A stretch of 64,000 nt of DNA, taken from the human T2T-CHM13v2.0 reference genome, Homo sapiens. The notes beneath the pieces were generated by a model. It worked only from the letters and a program-made list of their open reading frames with translations. It had not been told where the DNA came from and did no database searches. Location of the stretch: NCBI RefSeq assembly GCF_009914755.1, contig NC_060941.1; one strand, 5' to 3'. Shown here in pieces: positions 1-58,775 of the stretch (positions are counted from its first letter, which is position 1; the number at the start of each line of letters is the position of its first letter). Position numbers and translations under genes: made by a program.

Positions 1-720
<720 letters not shown>

Positions 721-1189
721 TTAGCAAGAATGTGGCCTCATGGAATAAAGTTCATTTCTCAGCCCCATTTGCAGCTATCTGTGGCCCTGGGACTAATTCT
801 GATCAAAGAGATATAAAGTGAAGTGATGGAAGTGTCTGCATAGACAGAGAGAGAATGCGCCATTCTCCTTCCCTTTTCCCCTTTCTCTTGTCCGGAATGT
901 GTCATAACAGGAGGGGCAGACATCTTGGAACATGTGATGGAAGCCACAGATTGAAACGATGGAGCAACAACGTAGAAACAGCTAGAGTCCAGAAAGATTT
1001 CATCATAAATCAGAGCTGAACTTTTGCTGAGTGTTTTTTCTGCATTGTGTAATTGTTTTCTTTTGTACACATTTAATCTATTTTTCTGTACTCTCTAAAT
1101 CTATTATATTAACAGATTTTTCTTATGTTAAATCATCTTTGAATTCTTGGCATCTATACTACTTGAACATGTTACCTTTTTTATTTTTT

Positions 1190-1508
<319 letters not shown>

Positions 1509-1569
1509 ATGTTATCTTTTTTAATGCTGCATTTGATTTGATAGGCTAATATCTGATAAAAGAATTTTA

Positions 1570-6252
<4,683 letters not shown>

Positions 6253-6359
6253 TCATGATGCCACAGCACCCGCTAAGGCTTCGTAATGCCAACCAGCCCA
6301 CTCCTGCTTCCGAATCCCCAATAACCAGACAACTAACAGAAGGTTTAGGTATATTTCTT

Positions 6360-6365
6360 TTTACT
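6360..6365 (-). terminator. ASGR1 variant poly(A) signal AGTAAA
   Basis: TTTACT on plus, about 210 nt downstream of the stop. No canonical AATAAA seen nearer. Confidence 0.55.
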
Positions 6366-6572
6366 CTTAAAAAAAAAAAAGTTCACAATGATAACCTGCA
6401 AACTGCAGAAAGCGCCACGGGTTTCAAGCTCCTCACCTTCGGAACATCACCCTATCCTTCCCCTTCCCTTAAAATCCTAGATGAAAATTCCCGAGAAAGC
6501 AGAAGAGGCCCCCAGATGGGCGGATTCCCAATCCCGGACCCCTGCGGCAGGTCGAGGCATTGAAGAAATAAA

Positions 6573-9500
6573 TTAAAGGAGAGGTGGCTCCTGGCTGGCC
6601 TTGTCCAGCTCTGTCTCGCAGACCCAGCGGTAGGGCCTCTGGCAGACGTCGTCGTTCCAGCGGCCGTCGTCGGTGAAGTGGGCACAGTCCTCGCCTCCTC
6701 CGAGCCCGTGGCCGTACCAGTCGTCCGGCTGCTCCGGCCTCCAGTTCCTGGGGACAGAGCCAGCTGTGGGCCCCAGGAGGTCGGATCCGCAGGCGGGTCG
6801 CTCCAGACTCCTCAGCCCAGGGCCCCAGGGCGCGAAGGCGGCCGGACCCAGGCCGAGGGAGGGCGCGCACTCACTTGAAGCCCGTCTCGTAGTCCGTCCC
6901 GTCCACCCACTTCCAGGGCCCGTTTTGGTCGTGGAGGCCCATCCAGGTGTTCACAGGGCCTATGTGGTGCTGGACAAATTTCTGAGGAGAGAGAAGGCGG
7001 GTGGTGATCTCTCCGAGGCCAGCCAGCCTCCCAGACCCTCCGGGTCCTCACCTGCTCCTCCCAGGACGTGACCACCACCAGGTGCGCGTCCTCCAGCCGG
7101 CAGTAGTTGTCGGCGTCAGCCCAGGCCTTCCCGGAGCGAGAGAACCAGTAGCAGCTGCGCTCGTGCTCCACCCAGTTGACCGGGCAGCAGGTCCTTTCTG
7201 AGCCTGAGCGGGAGAAACGGGGCGCAGGGGCTAAGCGCTGCCCAGAGAAGGGGGGAGGCAGAGAGCGGGCCGGGCTGGCCTCCTTACCATTGCCCTGGAG
7301 CGCCGCCATCTGACAGCTCAGGCTCCGCAGGTCAGACACGAACTGCTTCACGTGGAGCAGCAGGCTGGAGTGATCTGGGGAGACCGGGCGGAGGGGAGCG
7401 GGAGGAGATGCGGAAACCACGGGGAGGGAAACGGGAAACGAGGTCAGCCCTACATCCTCCTGCTGGGACCCGAACACCCGTCGCATTGCCACAAACAGCA
7501 GCGGAGTTGGCCTGAGAGACCCCCATACACACACACACACACACTCCTACACACACAACACACCCTTACACACACACTCACACAGACACACAACACATCC
7601 TAACACACACACACAGACAATATACAACACACACACACACAACCTAACCCACATACACACACACGGACAACACACAAAACACAACACATACAACACACCC
7701 TAACCCACAGACACAAACGCAGACAACACACAGAGACACACAACACACCCTAACCCACATACATCCACAACACACACAACACACATAACCCACATACAGA
7801 CAACACATAAAACACACAATACAGAACACACAACACACCCTAACCCACATACACAAAACACACCCACAGACACACAACACACCCTTACACACACATACAT
7901 AGACACAACACACCCTAACTCACATACACACTCACACAACACACACAACACACCATACACAACACACCCTCACACGCACAACACACCGTAACCCACATAC
8001 ACAGACAACACACAAAACACACAAACACACAACACACCCTAACCCACATACACACAACACACACAAAACACACACACAATACACCCTCACGCATAACACA
8101 CCTTAACCCACATACACACAACACACCCTTACACACCCACTCACACACAAAACACCCACAACATACACCCTCACACACACACACGGAACACACCCTAATC
8201 TACAGTCACTACACACACAACACACCTTCACCCACGACACACACAACACACCTTCACCCACACACACACACAACACACCCTCACCCAAACACACACAAAA
8301 ACCACAACACACCCTCACACAGGCACACACACCCTCACCCACATACACACATTCACACAACGCACACCCACACATACAACACACCCTCACCCACTACACA
8401 CACCACACACACTCACCCACAACACACATATACTCTTTCACACATGCACACACAATGCACATTCACACAACACGCACATACACACACTCACATGCACTTA
8501 CACATATACTTACATTCTCACACACGCAACACACTAACACACACGTTCTCACATACACTGACACATTCTCACACACATAAACACAGACTCACATTCGCAC
8601 ACACACCCACACTCCCTCATTCTCACACACATAAACACACAGACTCTCCCACTCACAAACACCCATCCACACTCCTTCTCATTTTCACACAGGCTCTCAC
8701 ACACACACACACTCCCTCTCATTCTCACAGACACACACTCAGACACACACACCCATCTCATTCTCACACACACTCCCACTCCTCACACACAGTCTCACAG
8801 ACACTCCATCTCATTCTCACACTCACAGACACAATCCCTCTCATTCCCCCACACACGCAACACACACTAACACACATACACACGTTCTCACACACATACA
8901 CTGACACATTCTCACACATAAACACAGACTCACACTCGTACACACACCCACTCCCTCATTCACACACAGACTCACACACCCATCCACTCCTTCTCATTCT
9001 CACACTCACACACACTCCCTCTCATTCTCACACTCAGACTCTGTCACACACACACCCATCTCATTCTCACACACAGACACACACCCCATCTCATTCTCAC
9101 ACTCACACACACCCCATCTCATTCTCACACTCACAAACACACACACACTCACAGACACACACACCCCATCTCATTCTCACACTCACTCACACACCCCATC
9201 TCATTCTCACACTCACAGACTCACACTCAGACACAAACACCCCTCATTCTCACACTCTCACACTCACAGACACACACACCCCATCTCATTCTTACACTCA
9301 GACTCACACACACCTCATTATCACACTCACAGACACACTCCGTCATTCTCACACTCTCACACACACTCCCTCTCATTCCCACAGACTGTCTCACACACAC
9401 TCTATCTCATTCTCACACTCAGACACACACCCCCTCTCATTCCCACACACACACCATCTCATTCTCACACACACACACCTCATTCTCACACACAGACTCA

Positions 9501-11479
9501 CACACACTCCATCTCATTCTCACACTCACAGACATACACACTCCCTCTCATTCTCACATCCACACAAGGCTCTCATACACACACCCAAAACACACTCCCC
9601 CTCATTCTCACACACAGACTCACACACACACACACTCCCTCTCATTCTCACACACATCCACACACACTCACACTTTCTCACACACATCCACACATTCTCA
9701 CTCTCTTTCACACACACACACACACACACACACTCCCTCTCTGACCTTCACTCAGGTCCTTCTGCTGTTTCTCCAGCTGGGACTCTAGCGACTTCATCTT
9801 TCTTCCCACATTGCCTCCTGCGGGAGAGGCTCGCTCAGCGTTCCCGACAGCCCCCCAGCCCCAGCCCCAGCCCCAGCCCCGCCCCAGCGCCCTCACCCTG
9901 GGTGCTCAAGCCCTTGACCTGGGCCTCCGTGCTCGCTGTGAAGTTGCTGAACGTCTCTCTCAGGCCCCGCAGCTCCTCCTGCAGCTGGGAGTCTGGCCAG
10001 GACAGCGTGCAGAGAGAAGAAAACGGGATCGCTGTGTCCGCCACCACTGCACCCACCACTCCCTTGCCACGGTCCCCCGTCAACACCCCCCAATGTTGCC
10101 CCCTTCCCACCCCTGGGGCACCCACTTTGGGATCCGATCACACAGACAACCACAAGCAGCAGGAGGCTGAGGCCCAGGGAGAGCAGGAGGAGGCGAGGTC
10201 CGGAGCAGAGACGCTGCAGGAGGGGCTGGGGAGGAGGTGGCCCTGCAAGAGGAGGGGGTGTCAGGAGCGCGGGGACAGAGGGGACCCTGGCACAGCTCCA
10301 GGGTCCTAAAAGGGTAGCAAGCTAAGGCGGCCCTAGTAGTCTAGGAGGAACCATGTACATGAAGAAATGCGGGCGGTGGGCGACCCTGCAGGGCCAGAGG
10401 CAACTGGAAATCGGGGAGAAAAGAGGGCTGGGGAAGGGGGCTAAGCGCTGAGCCGCCCCATCCCACCGAGGCCCTGAGCTTTTGCTGACACCTAATGGCA
10501 TGACTGCGTCACTGCAGCCAATCCAGGAACCTCAGTCCACCCCCTCCTCCCGCGCCTTGAAACGCAATTGAGTGGCCCGCGCCTCGGAGTCGCTGCTTCC
10601 CCTGAAAGTGGGGAAAGAAGGAAGGTTTCTTTCTCTGTCCATGAATTCCACTTGTCTTTGGCTGCGTGCAGGGAGAGAAGGTGCAATAGCTACCATTCAG
10701 GCCCTCAAGTCTTCCACCCAGCAGGGGGAAGAGACACGTTAGCCCTGTGCCCTGAGAGCTGGAGGGTTGGGGGGGCCTCCCTGCCGGGTCTCCTCCGCTG
10801 CGGACCCTCCTTCCGTCAAAGCGCGCTGCACCCCATCCCCCACGAACTTCATCCTTGCTCAGCCTAAACAATTCCCTGCTCGGAGGACAAAGAAATGGGT
10901 CAAGGGGAATTTGTTTTTGAAGCAAAAGAGTCTCGTTCTCCCTCAGGTCAGAGACCCCTCATCGCCCCCCTCACAGAATCCTCAGACCCTTCACAGAAAC
11001 CTTTTCCCCCTTCACCAAACTGATCACTGACACACACACGCACACGCTCGCACGACCGGGGTCCCTGGGTGGTGTTGGAAGGGGAAAGGAAGAGGGGGCG
11101 TGACTTCGTCATAGGAAGCCGACAGTGACCTCATCTCTCCAGCTTCCAGCTGTTCCCACACCCCCGGGTCCACCTCCGAGGGCCAGGAGGCACAGGAAAG
11201 CTTTGGGCACCTGTCACCAATAAAGGGACTCCAACCCCACACTCCGCCCCTCTCCTGAGAGAGGCAGTTCCGACACCTTTCCCAGTGTTGGGGGAGGGAG
11301 ACAGACCCAGAGAGAGAGCCAGGCTCACGGGCAAGAGTAGGAGCTGTGGCTGGGGGGTGGAGAACCGCCAAATTCTCGCCTTGCAGAGGCAGGGCAAGGT
11401 GGCCCTCACCTTTTCTGAGCTGATGGTGGTCACTCTCCTCATTGTCCAGATGCTGAAGGTCTTGATACTCCTTGGTCAT
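6573..11479 (-). CDS. ASGR1: Asialoglycoprotein receptor 1 (hepatic lectin H1), 291 aa, 8 coding exons
   Basis: Coding exons with GT-AG boundaries: 11410-11479, 10126-10242, 9897-9992, 9746-9817, 7288-7374, 7052-7203, 6875-6981, 6573-6747. Total 876 nt = 291 aa + TAA. Recognised peptides [25 protein letters not shown] segment, [24 protein letters not shown]-type lectin QPDDW, ...QEPPLL*. Confidence 0.98.
7525..9735. repeat. ~2.2 kb degenerate (CA)n/(TG)n low-complexity repeat filling ASGR1 intron 5
   Basis: Continuous CA-rich sequence. Left part has recurrent CACCCTAACCCACATACAC units; right part has recurrent CTCATTCTCACAC units. Confidence 0.95.
9853..9887. repeat. (CCCCAG)n hexamer repeat in the 79-bp ASGR1 intron 4
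   Basis: About 5-6 tandem units read directly between exons 9746-9817 and 9897-9992. Confidence 0.9.
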
Positions 11480-11591
11480 GATAGGGCTGGCGCTGGACCT
11501 GGGACTGAGTCAAGACTGAGGCTGGGGCTGAGGTGGGGGCTCACCAGGACTAGAGTGGGAATGAGGGGCCCATCTCTTTACTCCCATCTGA

Positions 11592-12300
<709 letters not shown>

Positions 12301-12316
12301 GGCATCTCCAGTGCCC

Positions 12317-12336
12317 GGGACTTTGGACAGTAAACA
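12317..12336. promoter_or_regulatory. Adjacent HNF4-like (GTCCAAAGTCCC, minus) and FOXA-like (TGTTTAC, minus) sites in the ASGR1 promoter region
   Basis: Motif match by eye, upstream of a hepatocyte-specific gene. Confidence 0.5.
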
Positions 12337-13162
12337 GAGGTGGAAATGGATTGGAACTTAGGGGAGTGTGGGGGTGGGAGTGGGGGATGGGTTGCCTCTG
12401 CTCTGCTCCCCAGGGAGGAGAATCGTGTTGCCCCCACACATGCCAGTCACCTCACTCTTCCGTGCACCGTTTGGGAGGGGTGCCAGGCCAGGAGGGGCTG
12501 GGGTGGGATTTGCCATATCCCTCCTCCCTCCCCGTTTCGCTTCCTGCCTCTAAATTCCCCAGAACTATTGGTGTCTCCAAATATCCCTGAACAGGATCAG
12601 AGGGACCGGTTCTCTGCTCTTGCCCAATCCAGACCTGTGACCCTGGCACCGGAGCCGCAGGCCCCAGTTTCCTGTGGGGCTGAGCCCCAGGCTTCCCAGC
12701 TCTGGCCTGACTTGCTTCCCTCTCCTGGGGAGTAAAGTCCTCCAAGCAGCATGAGGGCCAGCTTGGTTCCAGGAAAGGCAGGAGAGCCTCCGCTGGGACT
12801 GGTGCCAGCAAACCTCCACTCACTACTACTGTGTGCCTCAGGTCACTGCGTTCATGAACTTCTCTCATTATCCCCAGAGCACATCCCATTTCACAGATGA
12901 GAAAGCTAAGGCCCTACAAGGTAAGAGCTTGCCCAGGGTCATGCTGCAAGGAAGCAGCAAAGGGTAGACTAGAACCTGGGCAGCCTGACTCCAGGCACTG
13001 CGTTCGGGCCCCAGAACCACACCCATCACACAGAGCCAGGATCCCATCCCGTTGACACAGCTGGGCTCCAGTGTCCCAGAGATGCTAAACGATGGTCCCT
13101 CACAGCCCCACGGGGCTTCAGAGAGAGCCATGTGAATTTGAATTATGCTCACTTGGAAATCA

Positions 13163-22425
<9,263 letters not shown>

Positions 22426-22889
22426 TCATTTCCAGATCCTAGCTCTGTCCACAACTCCATGAACATGAATGAACGAAGTTTCCTCTCTATTTTCCTTTAA
22501 GGACTGTTGTGCTTCCCAACAGGACTGAGACAGCCCGGCAGGGATCAGAGCTGGACTAAGTCTGCAGGGCCCCAGACAAGTTCCAGCCTCCCCTTTCTGG
22601 CCTGTCATGACTTTGGACAGAGCTCCAGACCTTCCCAGGCTCAGTCTTCACCAACTCGGGTTCCTTGATTTGCCAGTTACCTCCCTGGCCCATTTTCCAG
22701 GCCACTAACCTCTCTGGCTTGGAGTGAAGAAGGATCTGACTCTGCTGCGCCCATCTCCCTCCACACCCAGGTCCCAAATAACCAGGCCACACACCAAGTT
22801 TCAAGTATCTGTCTCTTCCTTTCACTCTCTCAAAAGAAAAAAATAAATAAATTGCAGAAGGCGGCAGCATTTCCAGTCTTCCCTGGCTC

Positions 22890-22971
22890 CCGGACACCCG
22901 ACCCCCGACCCCTGCCCCCCACCCTCCCTCCCGCATTTCCCACTCCCTAGACCCATCCCTCCCTTTTCCCC
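22890..22971 (-). promoter_or_regulatory. G-quadruplex-forming segment of the DLG4 3'UTR
   Basis: Sense strand reads GGGGAAAAGGGAGGGATGGGTCTAGGGAGTGGG followed by more GGG runs. PSD-95 3'UTR G4/FMRP/miR-125a regulation is established knowledge. Confidence 0.75.
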
Positions 22972-23616
22972 AAAAAAATTCCCAGGAAAAAAAAAAAAAA
23001 AAGCCACATTTAGACCTTCCACTCATGCAAACCGGCAAAGAAAAATGGTGGGGGCATGTGGAAGGCAGGGGCCCGCTGCGGAGTCCCCTGCTTCTCCCCG
23101 CAAAAAACCACCTTTGAGAAGAAAAAAAGTGGAAAAAATAAATGAGAAATCAAGGAACATGGGGAATTACGATGAGGGCAGGGGTGACCCCAGACCCTGC
23201 CTTAGGAGAGAGCGGAGGCCTGTGGCCCTGCATCCCTGCAGCGGGTGCTCCTCGAGGGGGCCCTGACTTCTGGAATGTGTGTGGGAGAGGATGGGGGAGG
23301 GCAGGTGGCCCCCGGTGGGTCTGTGTGTGCATTGGGGGCAGGTGGGGGCGGGGATCCTAAGGAGCAAGGGCTCGGAACAAGGAGCCCAGCTCCCCCCCAG
23401 ACCCCAGGTTCCTGGCGTTCAGGAGCCCAGTTCTGGGGTGCGGGGATACATGCAGAGGAGTGTCCCCCCTCCAACAGGCTGGATCCAGTTAGAAAGGAAA
23501 TAAATAAGAAGGGGTGGGAGGGAGGCCGGGGGGAGCCAAGGGCTTGGGCAATTCAGTCCAGACCAAGGGCCCAGGTGATGGAGGCAGGGCGAGTCCAGGC
23601 CAAGCCAGGGCAGGAA

Positions 23617-50056
<26,440 letters not shown>

Positions 50057-50058
<2 letters not shown>

Positions 50059-50729
50059 GTTGGGGGGCCTGGCCGCGGCGGCGGGTAAGGGGCTCTGACT
50101 TCATCGGAGTTTCGTTCCTCCCCTCCGTGGGTTCTCACCCCTCCCCCCTCCGCACCCCACTTTTGCAGGGGGGGCCAGGATGGGGGGAGGGGTGAGAGGG
50201 GAAGGAGGGGGTTGGAGAAGGGAAGGGGAGGGGAGCGTGGGAGGGAGGGGAAGGGGGCCCTAAAAGGGGCTCCCCAGTGGAGGGGAGGGGGCTTGGGGAG
50301 CACACCCCGATTCTCAGGAGGGGCGGGGGCACCGGGGGCTGGCAGCCCCGGAGTTCGGGGGCTGGGGCATGAGCTGGGGTGGGGGAGGGGAACTGGATTT
50401 CGGGGAGCCCCGGGGTAGGGGGGGGTCTTGCCAAACGGCCAGGGGCTAGGGGCCGTGGCGGGGGAGTGGGGTGGGGGGGTTGGAAACGGCAGCGGCCGAG
50501 GGAGCCGTGGAGCCGAAGAGGGAAGGGGAGAGAGGAGGAGAGAGGAAGCAGGGGGAGGGAGGGAGGGAGCTAGGAGCCAGAATGGGGGGGGTGCCTTGGC
50601 AGAGTTAACTCCTTCTGTGCTGGCAGGAACCCGGATAATGGGAAAGGAGATAGAAGCAGAAGCACAGAGGCCCCTGAGGCAAACATGGAGACCTGGCCAG
50701 CCACCAGCGATGACAGCAAAGACGATGAG
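50057..50729 (+). CDS. ACADVL: Upstream alternative N-terminal exons of ACADVL (678-aa isoform)
   Basis: Exons 50057-50084 (donor G|gtaagg) and 50627-50729 (GC donor) encode MLGGLAAAAGTRIMGKEIEAEAQRPLRQTWRPGQPPAMTAKTM and join in frame to exon 53033. This matches my recollection of an annotated isoform. Confidence 0.65.
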
Positions 50730-51151
50730 GCTGGATTTCATTTCTTAGAGAAGGAAGCATCTATAGTTGGGCTGGGAGCACCCACGGTTATTTGAATACG
50801 GGAGGGAGGCCTCTCGGCAGGCGGTAGGGGGTCGGGTGTGAGGGAGGAGCTGAAGGAGGCAATCCCTGGGGGCCTAGTTCTCCCTCAGGTTTCTCAGGGG
50901 GAAACCTAAAAAGTTAAGCCCTAGACTCTTTAGTGCCTGAAACTGGGGCAGCCAAAGAAAACGAGGAAGAAAGGGAGAGTGGGTACAGGACCACAGAGAG
51001 TGCATTCTCGGTGCCCCAAGTCCCTGGGCCACTGACTCAGGCTTTTGTCAGCAGGGCCCCCAAGATTCCAGGTAATATTAGTGATATTTGGCTCACCCCT
51101 CCAGCCCTGCCTGCCCCTCAGGAAGTTAGGCGCTCGCCCCCACCTCCTTAC

Positions 51152-51760
<609 letters not shown>

Positions 51761-52649
51761 CTCTCTCTTCTCTCACTTTAATCTCCCTAATCCTCCAGGA
51801 TTGGAGTTGAGCTGCTTCTCCCCACTAAATTCCAGCTGTGAGTAAAGTAGGCCGTCTCTGAGCCGACCAGCTGTCCCATTCCCCCAGGTCCCAAGGCACC
51901 AGCACCGCCACCATCTTGCTCCACACACCCTGGCCCCCTCTTCCCATAGGCAGGCAGAACCTAGCCACGCTCTCCTGAGAAGCCAGCAAAGAGGGCCTCC
52001 TCACAGAGGGCTCCAGCAGCTCAAAAAGAAGCTGAGCCCAGCTCTCTCTCCTCCTGGGCCTCCTCTCACCCCAATGAGAATTGCAGAAAAAGGGGTAGAA
52101 ATTGTTTGGGACTTCCTGCCCTAGGGCTAGAGAAGTTGGGGTTTTACGGGTAAGAGGCAGGAGAATTCCTGCAGTTCCTCTCAGGCCCGGGAGGAATCCA
52201 TCTGCCTGGGCACATGGTCTCTGGAAGGAACAGAGGGCAAAGACAGAAGGGAATGTTCAGGAAGGTCTCAGAGGCTTTACTAAGGGAGGGGCAGTGAATC
52301 TGGGGGGGTCTTCCTACTGTGAAACTGTAGCTGTTCCAAGAGTTAGTGAATGGCCTACATCTCAGAAGAATACACTTAGGGTACTCACACCCTAGCTTGG
52401 GTGCCCCCCACCACTGTACCCTCCCTTTTGTGTTGGCCGAGATAGATTTCATCAGGAACCCTAGAGTCTGTCTTTCCATGTCTCTGCCTCTGCCATCTAC
52501 CTTACACTTCTCTTTCCCTACTTTTCCCTTCTAACCCCACCGGAGAAGCCCTCCCTTCAGTCCACCTCCATCCCTCTGGCTGCAGTGACTTAAGCCCCTT
52601 CCTCTTCTGTCCCATCCTATCCCATCACCCCGTCGGAGGACTAGACTCT

Positions 52650-58008
<5,359 letters not shown>

Positions 58009-58155
58009 ATACTCCCGGCCAGGGCCTGTCCCAGTTATGTGCCTTCCCTCAAGCCAAAGCCGAAGCCCCTTTCCTTAAGGCCCTGGTTTGTCCCGAAGGG
58101 GCCTAGTGTTCCCAGCACTGTGCCTGCTCTCAAGAGCACTTACTGCCTCGCAAAT

Positions 58156-58161
58156 AATAAA
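58156..58161 (+). terminator. ACADVL poly(A) signal AATAAA
   Basis: About 150 nt after the stop, followed by GT/T-rich downstream sequence. Confidence 0.85.
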
Positions 58162-58269
58162 AATTTCTAGCCAGTCATGCTTTGCTCCTGTGTGACGGTT
58201 CTTTCCCCCTGCTGCCTGCCTCCCTCCCAAAGAAAGGAGCCAGAGGCGTGGGGAGTTTGCCTCTATTGC

Positions 58270-58275
58270 TTTATT
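58270..58275 (-). terminator. DVL2 poly(A) signal AATAAA
   Basis: TTTATT on plus, about 500 nt after the DVL2 stop. Confidence 0.8.
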
Positions 58276-58775
58276 TGGTGTTTTATACAAGTGACTAAAA
58301 TAAATAGAGTAACAAAGGCAGCTACATGGCCCAAATCTCCCAGCTTCCTCAGGCTGCTGTCTAGGATGCCTAACCCCGGGGTACCGCTGACCACCCCCAA
58401 CCCTGCAAAGGGCAGGGCTGTGGGTAACTGGAGGAGGAGGTCACATTCTGGGGTTAGAAGGGGCCCAATGGATGGGAATTCTTCATATAAAAGAGGAAAT
58501 GCCTATTAAAAAAGTCCCAAAAATGTAAGAAACTCTATTTTAACCCCCAAAAAGGCTTATAAAAAAACAAAGCTAAAAATAATCAAAGGTCCCTTGTCTA
58601 CCCCTGAGGGAAGGGGGAGGAACCAGGCACTGCTGGTGAGAGTCACAGTGGCCACAATCTCCTGTATGGCAGCAGCTGGTAGGCTGAGCCCAGGCACTGT
58701 AAGAGCAAGCACATGACGGCCAGGACACCCAGTCACACACCAGGAGCGCCCGGCCCAGCCTGGCCCCACAGTGGG

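Noticed and set aside
7640-8200. CCCTAACCC motifs as an interstitial telomere, or the repeat as a CRISPR-like array
   Set aside because: The motifs are isolated within CA runs, with no tandem TTAGGG array, no constant repeat with unique spacers, and no cas genes.
7644-8390. Cys/Val-rich ORFs on minus
   Set aside because: Translations of (TG)n repeat, not metallothionein-like genes.
8444-10309. 621-aa His/Thr/Ser-rich ORF on plus, antisense to ASGR1
   Set aside because: It stays open because the CA-rich repeat rarely forms stop codons, and the tail is the antisense of GC-rich exons. No promoter or domain evidence.
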